Both the position numbers and the translations under genes were made by a program. A stretch of 64,000 bases of DNA from an uncultured Clostridia bacterium (GTDB lineage Bacteria; Bacillota; Clostridia; Lachnospirales; Bianqueaceae): NCBI GenBank assembly GCA_944376225.1, contig CALWBZ010000031.1:2166-66165 (forward strand), written 5' to 3'. This document shows positions 1-9,171 of this stretch, in pieces. Below the pieces are notes generated by a model, which ran no database searches, had not been told where the DNA came from, and saw only the letters and a list, made by a program, of their open reading frames with translations. Within the stretch, counting starts at the first letter, position 1. Each line of letters begins with the position of its first letter.

Positions 1-682
1 CTCCGCCGTGGGCTCCCCCATCGGAAAGATCAAGATTTCCGATCCTTTCGAGCCCCATTTTGAAAAATTCTGTCATGCCTGCGATCTGGCGGAACTTTTC
101 GAGACGCCCCGTATTCGCGTCTTTAGTTTTTATATCCCCCAGGAAGAAGATCCCGCCCTTCATCGGGATGAGGTGCTGCGCCGCCTGTCCGCTATGGTAG
201 AGGAGGCGAAACGGCGGGGGCTGCTTTTGCTGCATGAGAACGAGAAGCACATTTACGGCGATACGCCGGAACGATGCCTGGATCTGATGCGGGAGTTTTA
301 CGGCGATCATTTTCAGGCGACTTTCGACCCGGCCAACTTCGTCCAGTGCCAGGTAAACGTATATCCCCATGCTTATGAGCTCCTGGAACCCTATATCGCC
401 TATATGCACATCAAAGACGCGCATTTATCCGACGGTACGGTGACTGTGGCCGGCAGAGGGGACGGAGGCGTAAAGGAGATCCTGTCCCGCCTTTCCCGGA
501 AGAATTTTGAAGGTTTCCTGTCCCTGGAGCCCCATTTGACCGATTTCGTAGGCTTTCAGGATCTGGAGCAGGAGGATGAGGTCGGAGTCAAAGAGGACTC
601 CGGCATTGGCGCGAAGCTGTTTGCTGCCGCCGCGGCCGCGCTGCGGGGGCTCTTAGAAGACATCCGGAAGGAGGAACCGTAA
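1..682 (+). CDS. sugar phosphate isomerase/epimerase (xylose-isomerase-like TIM barrel), 5' end outside window
   Basis: Frame is open from the window edge to TAA 680-682. LLLHENE, HIKD and SLEPH-type motifs fit this fold. The stop abuts the next ATG (683). Confidence 0.7.
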   Translation, partial: SAVGSPIGKIKISDPFEPHFEKFCHACDLAELFETPRIRVFSFYIPQEEDPALHRDEVLRRLSAMVEEAKRRGLLLLHENEKHIYGDTPERCLDLMREFYGDHFQATFDPANFVQCQVNVYPHAYELLEPYIAYMHIKDAHLSDGTVTVAGRGDGGVKEILSRLSRKNFEGFLSLEPHLTDFVGFQDLEQEDEVGVKEDSGIGAKLFAAAAAALRGLLEDIRKEEP

Positions 683-1849
683 ATGAAGAAAGTTCGTTTT
701 GGCGTCATCGGCATCGGAAACATGGGAACGAGCCACAGCGAGAAGCTGGACCGGGGCGTCGTGCCGGAGATTGAGCTGACCGCGGTCTGCGATCTAAAGG
801 AGGATCGCCGCCAATGGGCCAAGGAGCATCTGAGCTCCTCCGTTCAGGTCTATGGGGATCCCGAGGAGATGATGAGCAAGGCTCCCTTAGACGCGGTGAT
901 CGTGGCTACTCCCCATTATGATCATCCCCGTCTTGTCATGGACGCCTTTCGGCATGGGCTTCACGCCATCACCGAGAAACCCGCGGGGGTCTACACCTCC
1001 GCCGTGCGGGAGATGAACGAGGCCGCTAAGAAGAGCGGAAAGCTTTTCGGCATCATGTATAATCAACGGACGAACCCGGTCTACGGCAAAGTCCGGGAAC
1101 TTTTGGCCAGTGGAGAAATGGGAGAGATCAAACGGGTGGTATGGCTCATTACCAACTGGTATCGTTCCCAGAGCTATTATAATTCCGGCTGCTGGCGCGC
1201 TACCTGGGAGGGGGAGGGCGGCGGCGTGCTGCTCAATCAATGCCCCCATAACCTGGATCTTCTGCAATGGATCGCCGGCATGCCCTGCGGCGTGCGCGCC
1301 TTCATGAAATACGGCTGCCACCGGGAGATCGAAGTGGAAAACGACGTGACCGCCTACCTGGAATACCCGAACGGGGCCACCGGCCTTTTCGTTACCTCCA
1401 CCCATGAGACGCCGGGAACCAATCGCCTGGAAATCTCCGGCGACCGCGGGAAAATCGTGGTGGAAAACAACAAGATTACCTTCTTCCGTACTCGGATGGG
1501 GGAAAAGGAATTTAACGAGACGTGGACCGGCGGTTTCGGCACGCCGGAGTGCTGGGAAATCCCGATCGAGCCCGCGAAGTCTCCGGCGCTCACGGAACAT
1601 ATGGGGATTTTCGCGAACTTCGCTTCCGCCATTCTTCACGGAACGCCCCTTCTGGCTCCCGGAGAAGAGGGAATCCTCGGCCTGTCCATCTCCAACGCCA
1701 TGCACCTGTCTGACTGGACGGGGCAGACGGTGGATCCCATGCATCTGGATGAGGCGCTGTTCAAAAAACTTCTGGACGAGAAGATTGCCTCCTCCACCAT
1801 GCATAAGGAAGATACAAACGTGACCTTAGACGTCACGGGAACCCATTAA
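683..1849 (+). CDS. Gfo/Idh/MocA family oxidoreductase
   Basis: N-terminal Rossmann motif FGVIGIGNMG and EKP motif (ITEKPAG). 388 aa. Tightly coupled to the upstream isomerase gene. Confidence 0.85.
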   Translation: MKKVRFGVIGIGNMGTSHSEKLDRGVVPEIELTAVCDLKEDRRQWAKEHLSSSVQVYGDPEEMMSKAPLDAVIVATPHYDHPRLVMDAFRHGLHAITEKPAGVYTSAVREMNEAAKKSGKLFGIMYNQRTNPVYGKVRELLASGEMGEIKRVVWLITNWYRSQSYYNSGCWRATWEGEGGGVLLNQCPHNLDLLQWIAGMPCGVRAFMKYGCHREIEVENDVTAYLEYPNGATGLFVTSTHETPGTNRLEISGDRGKIVVENNKITFFRTRMGEKEFNETWTGGFGTPECWEIPIEPAKSPALTEHMGIFANFASAILHGTPLLAPGEEGILGLSISNAMHLSDWTGQTVDPMHLDEALFKKLLDEKIASSTMHKEDTNVTLDVTGTH

Positions 1850-1901
1850 ATCTTAAAAGAAAAAGAGACCGCGTCCGTCAAAAGGCAGACACGGTCATAC
1901 G

Positions 1902-1939
1902 AAAAGCCCTGTTCGGTACAAGACTGAACAGGGCTTTTT
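1902..1939. terminator. bidirectional intrinsic terminator between convergent genes
   Basis: AAAAGCCCTGTTC - 11 nt loop - GAACAGGGCTTTT, with an A-run on the left and a T-run on the right. Confidence 0.6.
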
Positions 1940-1957
1940 ATCCCCAAAATCCAATTC

Positions 1958-3031
1958 TTAAAGATCCTCCAAAAACTCCGGCGTCAACGCTTTCACGATC
2001 TCTGTTACGGCTTTGGCCGCCTGCTCGAGATCCCTCATGGCCGCGAATCCCTGGGGAGTATGAACATACCGGCTGGGTATGGATACGGTAATCGACGGGA
2101 TTCCCTTCTGCATGGAATGGTACACGCCGCCGTTGGTTCCTCCGCCGCTGCGCACCGCCGTCTGTATGGGAATCTCCTTCGATTGGCATACTTCCATGGC
2201 AAACCTCGCCAGCCGAGGATGAGTAATCATCGACACATCCAGGAGACGGATCATCGGACCCTTTTTCATGGCGGACTGCACAGCGTAATCCGGTGTGAAG
2301 GTATCGTCCGCGGGGCATCCTTCAAAGCCCAGGGTAATCGCCGGATCGATACGCCGGGCCGCCACCCGCGCGCCCCGGCCGCCCACTTCTTCCTGGCTGG
2401 AGAGCACGCCGATCACGTCCACTGAGAGTTCTTCTTCAGCCAATTCCCTCATGGCTTTTAGAAGGGCCAAACATCCTACGCGGCAATCAAAGGCTTTCCC
2501 CGTCATGATCCCGTGCGCGGGATCCGCCTGAAAGGCCACTGCCGGCGCCACGGGGTCTCCTACCTGAACGCCAAAGACTTCCCGCGCCTCCTGATCGGAT
2601 ACGGCGCCGATATCGATGACCATGTCCTTGATATGAGGCATCCGGTTCGCCTCTTCCGCCGTCATGAAATGTACGGGCTTCGCCGCCACAATGCCCGGGA
2701 TATATTCTCCCTTCTGATTGCGCACATAGACCTTGGTTCCGGGAATCGACGATTCGTTCCAACTGCCCAGGGGCAGGAACTGAAGCGTTCCGTTGGGCTT
2801 GATAAACTGCACCATAAATCCCACTTCATCGCTGTGAGCATCCAGCATCACCAGGGGCTTATCCCCTGTGTTAGCGCGCCGCTTAATGTAGAGATTGCGA
2901 ATATTATCCTCTTCTACGTCCGCGAAATCCTCCGCGTACTCCTTGGCCACTCTCGCCACGTCCTCCTCAAACCCCGAAGGCCCAAAGGCGTTCGACAGCC
3001 TTTCCATCCATTCCAAATCTTCTTGTTTCAA
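1958..3031 (-). CDS. M42 family metallopeptidase (glutamyl aminopeptidase/FrvX/CelM-like)
   Basis: N-terminal LSNAFGPSGFEEDV and HSDEVGFMV motifs typical of M42. TTG start at 3031 overlaps the AraC stop (TTGA). RBS GAGGAAGAG lies upstream. Confidence 0.85.
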   Translation of the reverse strand: MKQEDLEWMERLSNAFGPSGFEEDVARVAKEYAEDFADVEEDNIRNLYIKRRANTGDKPLVMLDAHSDEVGFMVQFIKPNGTLQFLPLGSWNESSIPGTKVYVRNQKGEYIPGIVAAKPVHFMTAEEANRMPHIKDMVIDIGAVSDQEAREVFGVQVGDPVAPAVAFQADPAHGIMTGKAFDCRVGCLALLKAMRELAEEELSVDVIGVLSSQEEVGGRGARVAARRIDPAITLGFEGCPADDTFTPDYAVQSAMKKGPMIRLLDVSMITHPRLARFAMEVCQSKEIPIQTAVRSGGGTNGGVYHSMQKGIPSITVSIPSRYVHTPQGFAAMRDLEQAAKAVTEIVKALTPEFLEDL

Positions 3032-3969
3032 GGGGTCTCTTCCTCTTTTCTGTTCTTTTTGACCGCCGTGCCCAGTCCCCGTTCCGTATCCTCATACTGC
3101 CGCTCCGTCTTCCGATAACTAAGGGGGGATTCACCGGAGATCTTCCGAAACACCCGTCCGAAATGGGTCATCGTTCCAAAACCTACCATCTGGGCGATCT
3201 GCGCCACGGGGTAACTCGTTTTATATAGGAGTCTTTGGGCTTCTTTAATCCGAACATTGCTTAGATATTCCACAAAGGTAAAGCCCGTCACTTCCTTAAA
3301 GGCATGACTCAGATAGAACTTACTGATATAAAATTCACGGGAAACGCTTTCCAGAGAAAGATCCTCCGAATAGTGCAGATTAATGTAATTTAGGATTTCA
3401 AAGATCCGCTTATTCGCCTTGCGCAGCGAATCCTCCGCTTCCTTGCGCCACGCGTCCCGATTGCGAGCGGCGAATACCAGGATCTGCAAGACATAGGCTC
3501 GCACCTGCAGTTCATAACCCGGTTTTTTCTGCCGAATTTCCTGGTACATGCGGCCGGCCAGATCATCCATATACTCCTTGTCGGCTCCGGTGAAGGACAG
3601 GATCAGGCTCCCCTCTCGAAACAGTTCCGACAGCAGGTTCGTAAAATGCCCGGATCGTTCCTGAATCATATGATCATATACATTGACCAATACGCGATGA
3701 TGGAACTTCTCCATGGTCTCCAGAGTGCGGTGAAGTTCCCTTTTATCCACCAGAACCAGGTCTCCCGCCTTGACATAATAGGTATTATTCTTGATGAAAT
3801 AATACCGGCTTCCGCCCAAAAGGTAGTACACTTCATAGAAATTATGAAAATGCTGATAGGCCATTGTATACGATCCGCTGCGCTGCGCGAAGGATACCAG
3901 CATGCCGTCCGGATCCGAATAGGAGCAATTGTTTTCGTAATCGCTCTCTAGCAGTTGTTCTTTTTCCAC
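3028..3969 (-). CDS. AraC family transcriptional regulator (cupin N-domain plus double HTH)
   Basis: C-terminal AraC-type HTH (FYLSHAFKEVTGFTFVEYL...RIKEAQRLL). I favour GTG 3969 (RBS GAGGAG 3981-3976) over the track's TTG 4002, because 3983-4014 forms a terminator hairpin. Confidence 0.8.
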   Translation of the reverse strand: MEKEQLLESDYENNCSYSDPDGMLVSFAQRSGSYTMAYQHFHNFYEVYYLLGGSRYYFIKNNTYYVKAGDLVLVDKRELHRTLETMEKFHHRVLVNVYDHMIQERSGHFTNLLSELFREGSLILSFTGADKEYMDDLAGRMYQEIRQKKPGYELQVRAYVLQILVFAARNRDAWRKEAEDSLRKANKRIFEILNYINLHYSEDLSLESVSREFYISKFYLSHAFKEVTGFTFVEYLSNVRIKEAQRLLYKTSYPVAQIAQMVGFGTMTHFGRVFRKISGESPLSYRKTERQYEDTERGLGTAVKKNRKEEETP

Positions 3970-3982
3970 AACAATCTCCTCT

Positions 3983-4014
3983 AAAAAAGACCGGCTGTCC
4001 AAGCAGACAGCCGG
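3983..4014 (-). terminator. intrinsic terminator directly upstream of the AraC RBS
   Basis: Minus strand reads CCGGCTGTC-TGCTTG-GACAGCCGG followed by TCTTTTTT. Confidence 0.6.
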
Positions 4015-4094
4015 TAAAATGGTTTAATAAGAAACGGGGATTCTTATTAAAACGAGGTGAGCAATTCTATCGCTTCGCGATAGAAGACAATTGT

Positions 4095-4123
4095 AGTATA
4101 GCATTGCCATCTCGGTCTGTCAA
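4095..4123 (-). promoter_or_regulatory. sigma-A type promoter (TTGACA-17-TATACT with TGn extension)
   Basis: Minus strand: TTGACA 4123-4118, 17-nt spacer, TGcTATACT 4103-4095. Confidence 0.55.
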
Positions 4124-4152
4124 GCTTTTTGCGATGGTTTTTTTCTTTTTCT

Positions 4153-5532
4153 TTATACTTTTGTCAAAAAGACCTTATATGCACGGTATGCCTCATAGAT
4201 ATCCGCCTTTGAAGCGACCTCAAAAGGCGCGTGCATGCTGTGCAGCGGGATTCCCATGTCGATGACGTCCATGGACATCTGCGCCGGGATATAGGCGATG
4301 GTTCCGCCGCCGCCCTGGTCTACCTTGCCCAGTTCGCCCATCTGAAAGGCGATGCCCTCCTCATCGAACAGCTTTCTGAGCTGCGCGATATACTCCGCGG
4401 AGGCATCGTTGGAACCGCTCTTTCCTCGGGAACCCGTATACTTAAAGAAGGCCGGCCCGTATCCAAAGAAGGGCGTATTATTCTTCTCGCTCACCGAGGG
4501 GAAATTGGGATCAAAGGCCGCGGATACGTCGGAGGACAGCATCTTGGAAGCGGCCATGGCTCTGCGCAGCTTCATCTCGGAATATACGCCGTTTAGCTCC
4601 ATCACTTCCGCGATTACGTTTTCAAAGAAGCGGGAGTGCATACCCGTTGCTCCTACGCTGCCGATCTCCTCTTTATCAGTCAACACCGTTACCAGCGTCC
4701 GATCCGCCGCCGGACAATCCATCATGGCCATAAAAGAAGTATAACCACATATCCGGTCGTCATGGCCGTATCCTAGAATCATGCTCCGATCCAGCCCATA
4801 GTCCCTGGCCGCGCCGGCGGGAACGATCTCCAGCTCCGAAGAAAGAAAATCCTCTTCCTCCATGCCGTATTTTTCCTGTAAAAGCTTTAAGACATGCTTT
4901 TTCACCGGGTTTTCGCCCTCTTCCTCTTCGGGAATGCTGCCCACGCACACGTTCAGATCCTCGCCCCCAAAGGCTTCACCCAGCTTCTTTACCGCCTGAT
5001 CCTTCCCCAGATGGGGCAGAATGTCGGAAATCCCCAGAACCGGATCCCCAGGGTCCTCTCCCAAGACGACTTCTTCCCTCGTTCCGTCCTTCTTCACGAT
5101 GACGCCATGCAGCGCCAGGGGAAGGGTAACCCATTGAAACTTTTTAATGCCGCCGTAATAGTGGGTCTTCAGCATCGCCAACCCGGAATCCTCATACAAA
5201 GGATTGGGCTTCAGATCCAGACGCGGAGAATCGATGTGCGCGCCCAGAATGTTCATGCCCTCTTCGATGGGCGTCTTGCCCACCTGTACCAGCACCAGCA
5301 TCTTGCCTCTATTGGAGGCGTATACTTTATCTCCGGCCTTAAGGCTCTCTTTTTTCGCGATCTTATCGTCCAGATTCTCATATCCGTAGGCCTCGGCTCG
5401 CTTGACCATATCGGTTACGCATTCTCTTTCTGTTTTGCAAGCGGACAGATGTTCCTTATATCCTTCACAGAACTCCGTCATCGCCTTCTTTTGCTCTGGC
5501 GAGTAAGTTTCCCATAATGTTTTTTTACCCAT
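4153..5532 (-). CDS. M18 family aminopeptidase
   Basis: GAHIDSPRLDLKPNP, HYYGGIKK and GHDDRICGY motifs. 459 aa. RBS AGGAGG. Confidence 0.85.
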   Translation of the reverse strand: MGKKTLWETYSPEQKKAMTEFCEGYKEHLSACKTERECVTDMVKRAEAYGYENLDDKIAKKESLKAGDKVYASNRGKMLVLVQVGKTPIEEGMNILGAHIDSPRLDLKPNPLYEDSGLAMLKTHYYGGIKKFQWVTLPLALHGVIVKKDGTREEVVLGEDPGDPVLGISDILPHLGKDQAVKKLGEAFGGEDLNVCVGSIPEEEEGENPVKKHVLKLLQEKYGMEEEDFLSSELEIVPAGAARDYGLDRSMILGYGHDDRICGYTSFMAMMDCPAADRTLVTVLTDKEEIGSVGATGMHSRFFENVIAEVMELNGVYSEMKLRRAMAASKMLSSDVSAAFDPNFPSVSEKNNTPFFGYGPAFFKYTGSRGKSGSNDASAEYIAQLRKLFDEEGIAFQMGELGKVDQGGGGTIAYIPAQMSMDVIDMGIPLHSMHAPFEVASKADIYEAYRAYKVFLTKV

Positions 5533-5633
5533 GACTTCTTACCTCCTCTTACAATCGATCGGACGAAACCCGTCCATGATCTAGTATAATCCCAAATGAA
5601 AAATAACGCAATACCGATTTTTATAAACTAATC

Positions 5634-5662
5634 TTGCGATTCCCCTCTGTTGCGTGTATAAT
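5634..5662 (+). promoter_or_regulatory. sigma-A type promoter for the fumarate hydratase genes
   Basis: TTGCGA 5634-5639, 17-nt spacer, TGtTATAAT ending at 5662. A GCGGCGC-ATG-GCGCCGC hairpin lies in the short leader. Confidence 0.5.
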
Positions 5663-5712
5663 GAAATTACAGCGGCGCATGGCGCCGCATACTTTCAGAA
5701 AAGAGGGATGAA

Positions 5713-6555
5713 ATGCGAGAAATTGCATGGAATACAATTCGAGATACCGTCGCTTCCCTGGCCGTTCGGGCGAATACGGTATTGGATGCAAAGGTAGAAG
5801 AGGCGATCCGCCAAGCGCGAAAGACAGAGGAATCGCCCGTGGGCCTCTCCATTCTTGATCAGCTCCTGGAAAACGGCCGGATCGCCCGGGAGACGGCCAC
5901 GCCCATCTGCCAAGATACCGGTCTCGCGGTGGTGTTTGTCACCATTGGCCAGGAGGTTCATGTCACGGGAGGAAGCCTTGAGGCCGCCATTCACGCTGGC
6001 GTGGCCAAAGGATATACGGAAGGGTATCTGCGCAAATCCGTCGTGCGGGATCCCCTGGATCGTGTGAATACGGGGGATAACACCCCCGCGATCATTCATT
6101 ACCGCATTGTCCCCGGGGAAGAACTGACCCTGACCGTGGCCCCCAAAGGTATCGGCAGCGAGAACATGAGCCGTATTTTTATGCTTAAGCCCTCCCAGGG
6201 CCTTGCGGGCATCCGACAGGCGGTCTTAGACACGGTGGAAGCCGCGGGCAGCAACGCCTGCCCTCCCCTCGTCATCGGCGTGGGCGTGGGCGGCAATTTC
6301 GAGAAATGCGCCGAGCTGGCGAAGGAAGCCCTGCTGCGTCCCATCGGCCAGCACGCCCAGGATCCGTCCTGGGCCAAGATCGAAGAGGATCTGCTTAAGG
6401 CTGTCAACGACCTGGGCATCGGCCCCCAAGGATTCGGCGGCCGCACCACCGCACTTTGGCTTGCCATAGAAACTTATCCGACTCATATCGGCGGCATGCC
6501 TGTAGCCGTCAACATCAACTGTCACGTGGCCCGTCACGAGTCGGCCACGCTATAA
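5713..6555 (+). CDS. Fe-S hydro-lyase alpha subunit (class I fumarate hydratase / L(+)-tartrate dehydratase family)
   Basis: ICQDTGLAVVFV motif and overall length of the FumA N-terminal domain family. Confidence 0.85.
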   Translation: MREIAWNTIRDTVASLAVRANTVLDAKVEEAIRQARKTEESPVGLSILDQLLENGRIARETATPICQDTGLAVVFVTIGQEVHVTGGSLEAAIHAGVAKGYTEGYLRKSVVRDPLDRVNTGDNTPAIIHYRIVPGEELTLTVAPKGIGSENMSRIFMLKPSQGLAGIRQAVLDTVEAAGSNACPPLVIGVGVGGNFEKCAELAKEALLRPIGQHAQDPSWAKIEEDLLKAVNDLGIGPQGFGGRTTALWLAIETYPTHIGGMPVAVNINCHVARHESATL

Positions 6556-6566
6556 GGAGGTTCGTG

Positions 6567-7121
6567 ATGAAACAGATTACCGCGCCTTTTACGCAATCCA
6601 TCGTGGAAAGTCTTACCGCCGGCGATACCGTCCTCATTACCGGCACCATTTATACGGCCCGGGACGCCGCCCATAAACGCCTCTGCGAAGCCATCGCCGA
6701 GGGACGTCCCCTTCCCTTCGACCTACGGGACGCCGTGATCTATTATGTCGGGCCCACGCCTCCCCAGCCTGGGCAGGTCATCGGCGCCGCGGGGCCGACC
6801 ACCAGCGGCAGAATGGATGCCTATGCTCCCACCCTGATGGAGCACGGCCTGCGGGGCATGATCGGTAAAGGAGAGCGCACCCAGGCGGTTGTTGACAGCA
6901 TGAAGAAGCATACTGCCGTTTATCTCGCGGCCACCGGCGGCGCCGGCGCCCTGCTGTCCCATTGTATCTTAGAAAGCGAAACCATCGCCTACGAAGACCT
7001 GGGAACCGAAGCCATTCGCCGGCTCACCGTCAAGGATTTTCCCGCCACCGTCGTCATCGACTGTCAGGGAAACAATCTCTACGAGACGGCTCCCGCCGCC
7101 TACAGTCGCCGCAAAGTCTAA
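6567..7121 (+). CDS. Fe-S hydro-lyase beta subunit (class I fumarate hydratase / tartrate dehydratase family)
   Basis: ATG 6567 lies 6 nt after AGGAGG. GTIYTARDAAHKRL and GPTTSGRMD motifs. The track ORF's N-terminal extension overlaps the alpha subunit and is rejected. Confidence 0.85.
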   Translation: MKQITAPFTQSIVESLTAGDTVLITGTIYTARDAAHKRLCEAIAEGRPLPFDLRDAVIYYVGPTPPQPGQVIGAAGPTTSGRMDAYAPTLMEHGLRGMIGKGERTQAVVDSMKKHTAVYLAATGGAGALLSHCILESETIAYEDLGTEAIRRLTVKDFPATVVIDCQGNNLYETAPAAYSRRKV

Positions 7122-7130
7122 CCGCATATC

Positions 7131-7160
7131 AAAAGGGATCGCCTTCGCGATCCCTTTTTT
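7131..7160. terminator. bidirectional intrinsic terminator (fumarate hydratase / galK convergent)
   Basis: AAAA-GGGATCGC-CTTC-GCGATCCC-TTTTTT. Confidence 0.6.
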
Positions 7161-7161
7161 C

Positions 7162-8331
7162 TCAACTCAACTTCTGCGGTCCGTCTCCGATCGAAACGCT
7201 GTAAAAATCCGCGGCGTAGCCGATTTTCTCTAAATAAGCTTTTCCCACTTCCCGAATAAAGGTTTCCACACATTCTTCTCGGACCAGACTGACCGTACAT
7301 CCTCCGAACCCGGCGCCGGTCATACGAGATCCCAATACTCCGGGCTGCTTCCACGCGGTCTCCACCAGGGTATCCAGCTCGATTCCCGTCACCTCATAGT
7401 CGTCCCGCAGGGAAATATGGGATTCGTTCATCAACCGTCCGAAGAGCTCCAGATCGTTTCGTCCAAGCGCCGAGACGGCCTGTATCGTCCTTTGATTCTC
7501 CGTCACCGCGTGCCTCGCCCGCTTCCGCTGTACCGGATCTTCTATGCGATCCGCGAGCGCCTCAAACTCTTCCGTATTCAGTTCTCCCAGGCTCTTCACG
7601 TCCCGTGCCTTCTGAATCTGCATAAGCGCTCTTTCGCATTCCTCGCGCCGCTCGTTATACTTAGAATCCGCCAATCCCCGCTTTTTATTGCTGCAGGCGA
7701 TCACAAGCCTCATGCCTTCCAAAGAAATGGGGACATAACTGTAAGATAGATCCGCCGTATCCAGAAAGATCGCGTGATCCTTTTTTCCCATCGCGATAGC
7801 AAACTGATCCATGATGCCGCAGTTCACACCGTTAAACCGGTTTTCCGCCTTCTGCGCTAAGAGAGCCAGCCTTACGCCGTCCATCTCCCAGCCAAACTGA
7901 TCCAGCAGGATCTTGCCGGTGAGCACCTCGATACAGGCGGAGGAAGACAGGCCCGCGCTGCTGGGAAGGTTTCCCTGGTACAGAATATCCAACCCGTGAT
8001 CCGGCCGGTATCCCGCCTCTTGGAAAGCCCAGAGGACGCCCTTGGGATAATTGCACCAATCGTCTTCCTTCCGGTAAGTCAGACCGTCTAGCTCGATTTC
8101 TCTTTTGGGCTGATCCGGAAAATTCCCCGAGAAAAGGCATAAACGCCGATCCTCCCTGGGCCGGACAACGGCCCAGGCGCCGATGGTCAATGCGCAGGGA
8201 AAGACGTGTCCCCCGTTATAATCCGTATGCTCGCCGATCAGATTGACCCGACCCGGCGCGAAATAACAGGATGTTTCGCCGCCCTCTCCGAATACCCTTA
8301 TAAAATCTTCTTGCAGCTTCTCAAGATCCAT
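7162..8331 (-). CDS. galK: galactokinase
   Basis: GRVNLIGEHTDYNGG signature and GHMP kinase motifs (PSSAGLSSSA, GAGFGGC). Confidence 0.95.
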   Translation of the reverse strand: MDLEKLQEDFIRVFGEGGETSCYFAPGRVNLIGEHTDYNGGHVFPCALTIGAWAVVRPREDRRLCLFSGNFPDQPKREIELDGLTYRKEDDWCNYPKGVLWAFQEAGYRPDHGLDILYQGNLPSSAGLSSSACIEVLTGKILLDQFGWEMDGVRLALLAQKAENRFNGVNCGIMDQFAIAMGKKDHAIFLDTADLSYSYVPISLEGMRLVIACSNKKRGLADSKYNERREECERALMQIQKARDVKSLGELNTEEFEALADRIEDPVQRKRARHAVTENQRTIQAVSALGRNDLELFGRLMNESHISLRDDYEVTGIELDTLVETAWKQPGVLGSRMTGAGFGGCTVSLVREECVETFIREVGKAYLEKIGYAADFYSVSIGDGPQKLS

Positions 8332-8333
8332 AC

Positions 8334-9068
8334 TTACGCGGCCTCCACGAAAGCGGAGAAATCAGGAAAATTCATGGTCACGGGCTGTCCCGGATTGTTA
8401 TATGCCATCTCGATGGACATATCCACCGTAATGGTCTCGCCCTCTATCGTCATCGTATACGGAAGCTCCATGGTGACTTCCGTAGGATATCCTTCTTCGT
8501 TGATTTTCATGACGCCGGTTACCTCGCCAATCGCGATCTCTCCCATATCCGTCATATCCTGCATCACCGCCATCTGGCTTTCCACATAGTCCGTCATCTT
8601 TGTGCCGTCCACAGAGAAACTCAGCGTTGTCACGCCGTTTTCCTTCGTCGCCTGGATATTCTGGATAATATCCTCCTCAAGAGGTCCCGTCGTGGTGTTG
8701 GCCATGCTCATCGCGTCTTCCAGGGTAGAGGCGACCTTGATCTTCTCTCCCATCGTATCTACATAGAGATACCCATCTTTATAATATACATTCGTGTCCA
8801 TGCTGCCCTGACCAAAGAGATCCAAACTGCTTTCCATCAGCAGTTCTTCCTCGGTGATCTGCATATGGCTGTCCATAGTAAACGTGAGTGACTCTCCCGC
8901 GGCAGACATGGTCATTTCCATACTCATATCCATATCCACCGCCTTCAACTCGCTGATCTTCTGGAGAGCGTTTTGATAGGATTCCTTCGGATCCGTCTGG
9001 GAGCATCCCATGGCGAAAGCCGCGAAGATCACCAGCACGCTGAATAGAACACACAACCGTTTTTTCAT
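8334..9068 (-). CDS. putative lipoprotein, function unknown
   Basis: Signal peptide ending in a lipobox-like AMGC. Met/Thr/Asp-rich mature part. The stop lies 2 nt before the galK start. Confidence 0.7.
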   Translation of the reverse strand: MKKRLCVLFSVLVIFAAFAMGCSQTDPKESYQNALQKISELKAVDMDMSMEMTMSAAGESLTFTMDSHMQITEEELLMESSLDLFGQGSMDTNVYYKDGYLYVDTMGEKIKVASTLEDAMSMANTTTGPLEEDIIQNIQATKENGVTTLSFSVDGTKMTDYVESQMAVMQDMTDMGEIAIGEVTGVMKINEEGYPTEVTMELPYTMTIEGETITVDMSIEMAYNNPGQPVTMNFPDFSAFVEAA

Positions 9069-9111
9069 TACAATTCCCCCTTAGTATACGGAAATTTTTT
9101 ACTTCAAATTT

Positions 9112-9140
9112 ATTATACAATACATGTAAAACTTTTGCAA
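9112..9140 (-). promoter_or_regulatory. sigma-A type promoter for lipoprotein-galK
   Basis: Minus strand: TTGCAA 9140-9135, 17-nt spacer, TATAAT 9117-9112. Confidence 0.5.
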
Positions 9141-9171
9141 GAGAATCTATCCGTTACTGCTATCATAAATT

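Noticed and set aside
4030-4116. 28-codon ORF (MAMLYYNCLLSRSDRIAHLVLIRIPVSY) in the AraC leader, as a possible leader peptide
   Set aside because: Its ATG lies upstream of the predicted transcription start, it has no Shine-Dalgarno sequence, and its codon content shows no obvious regulatory bias.
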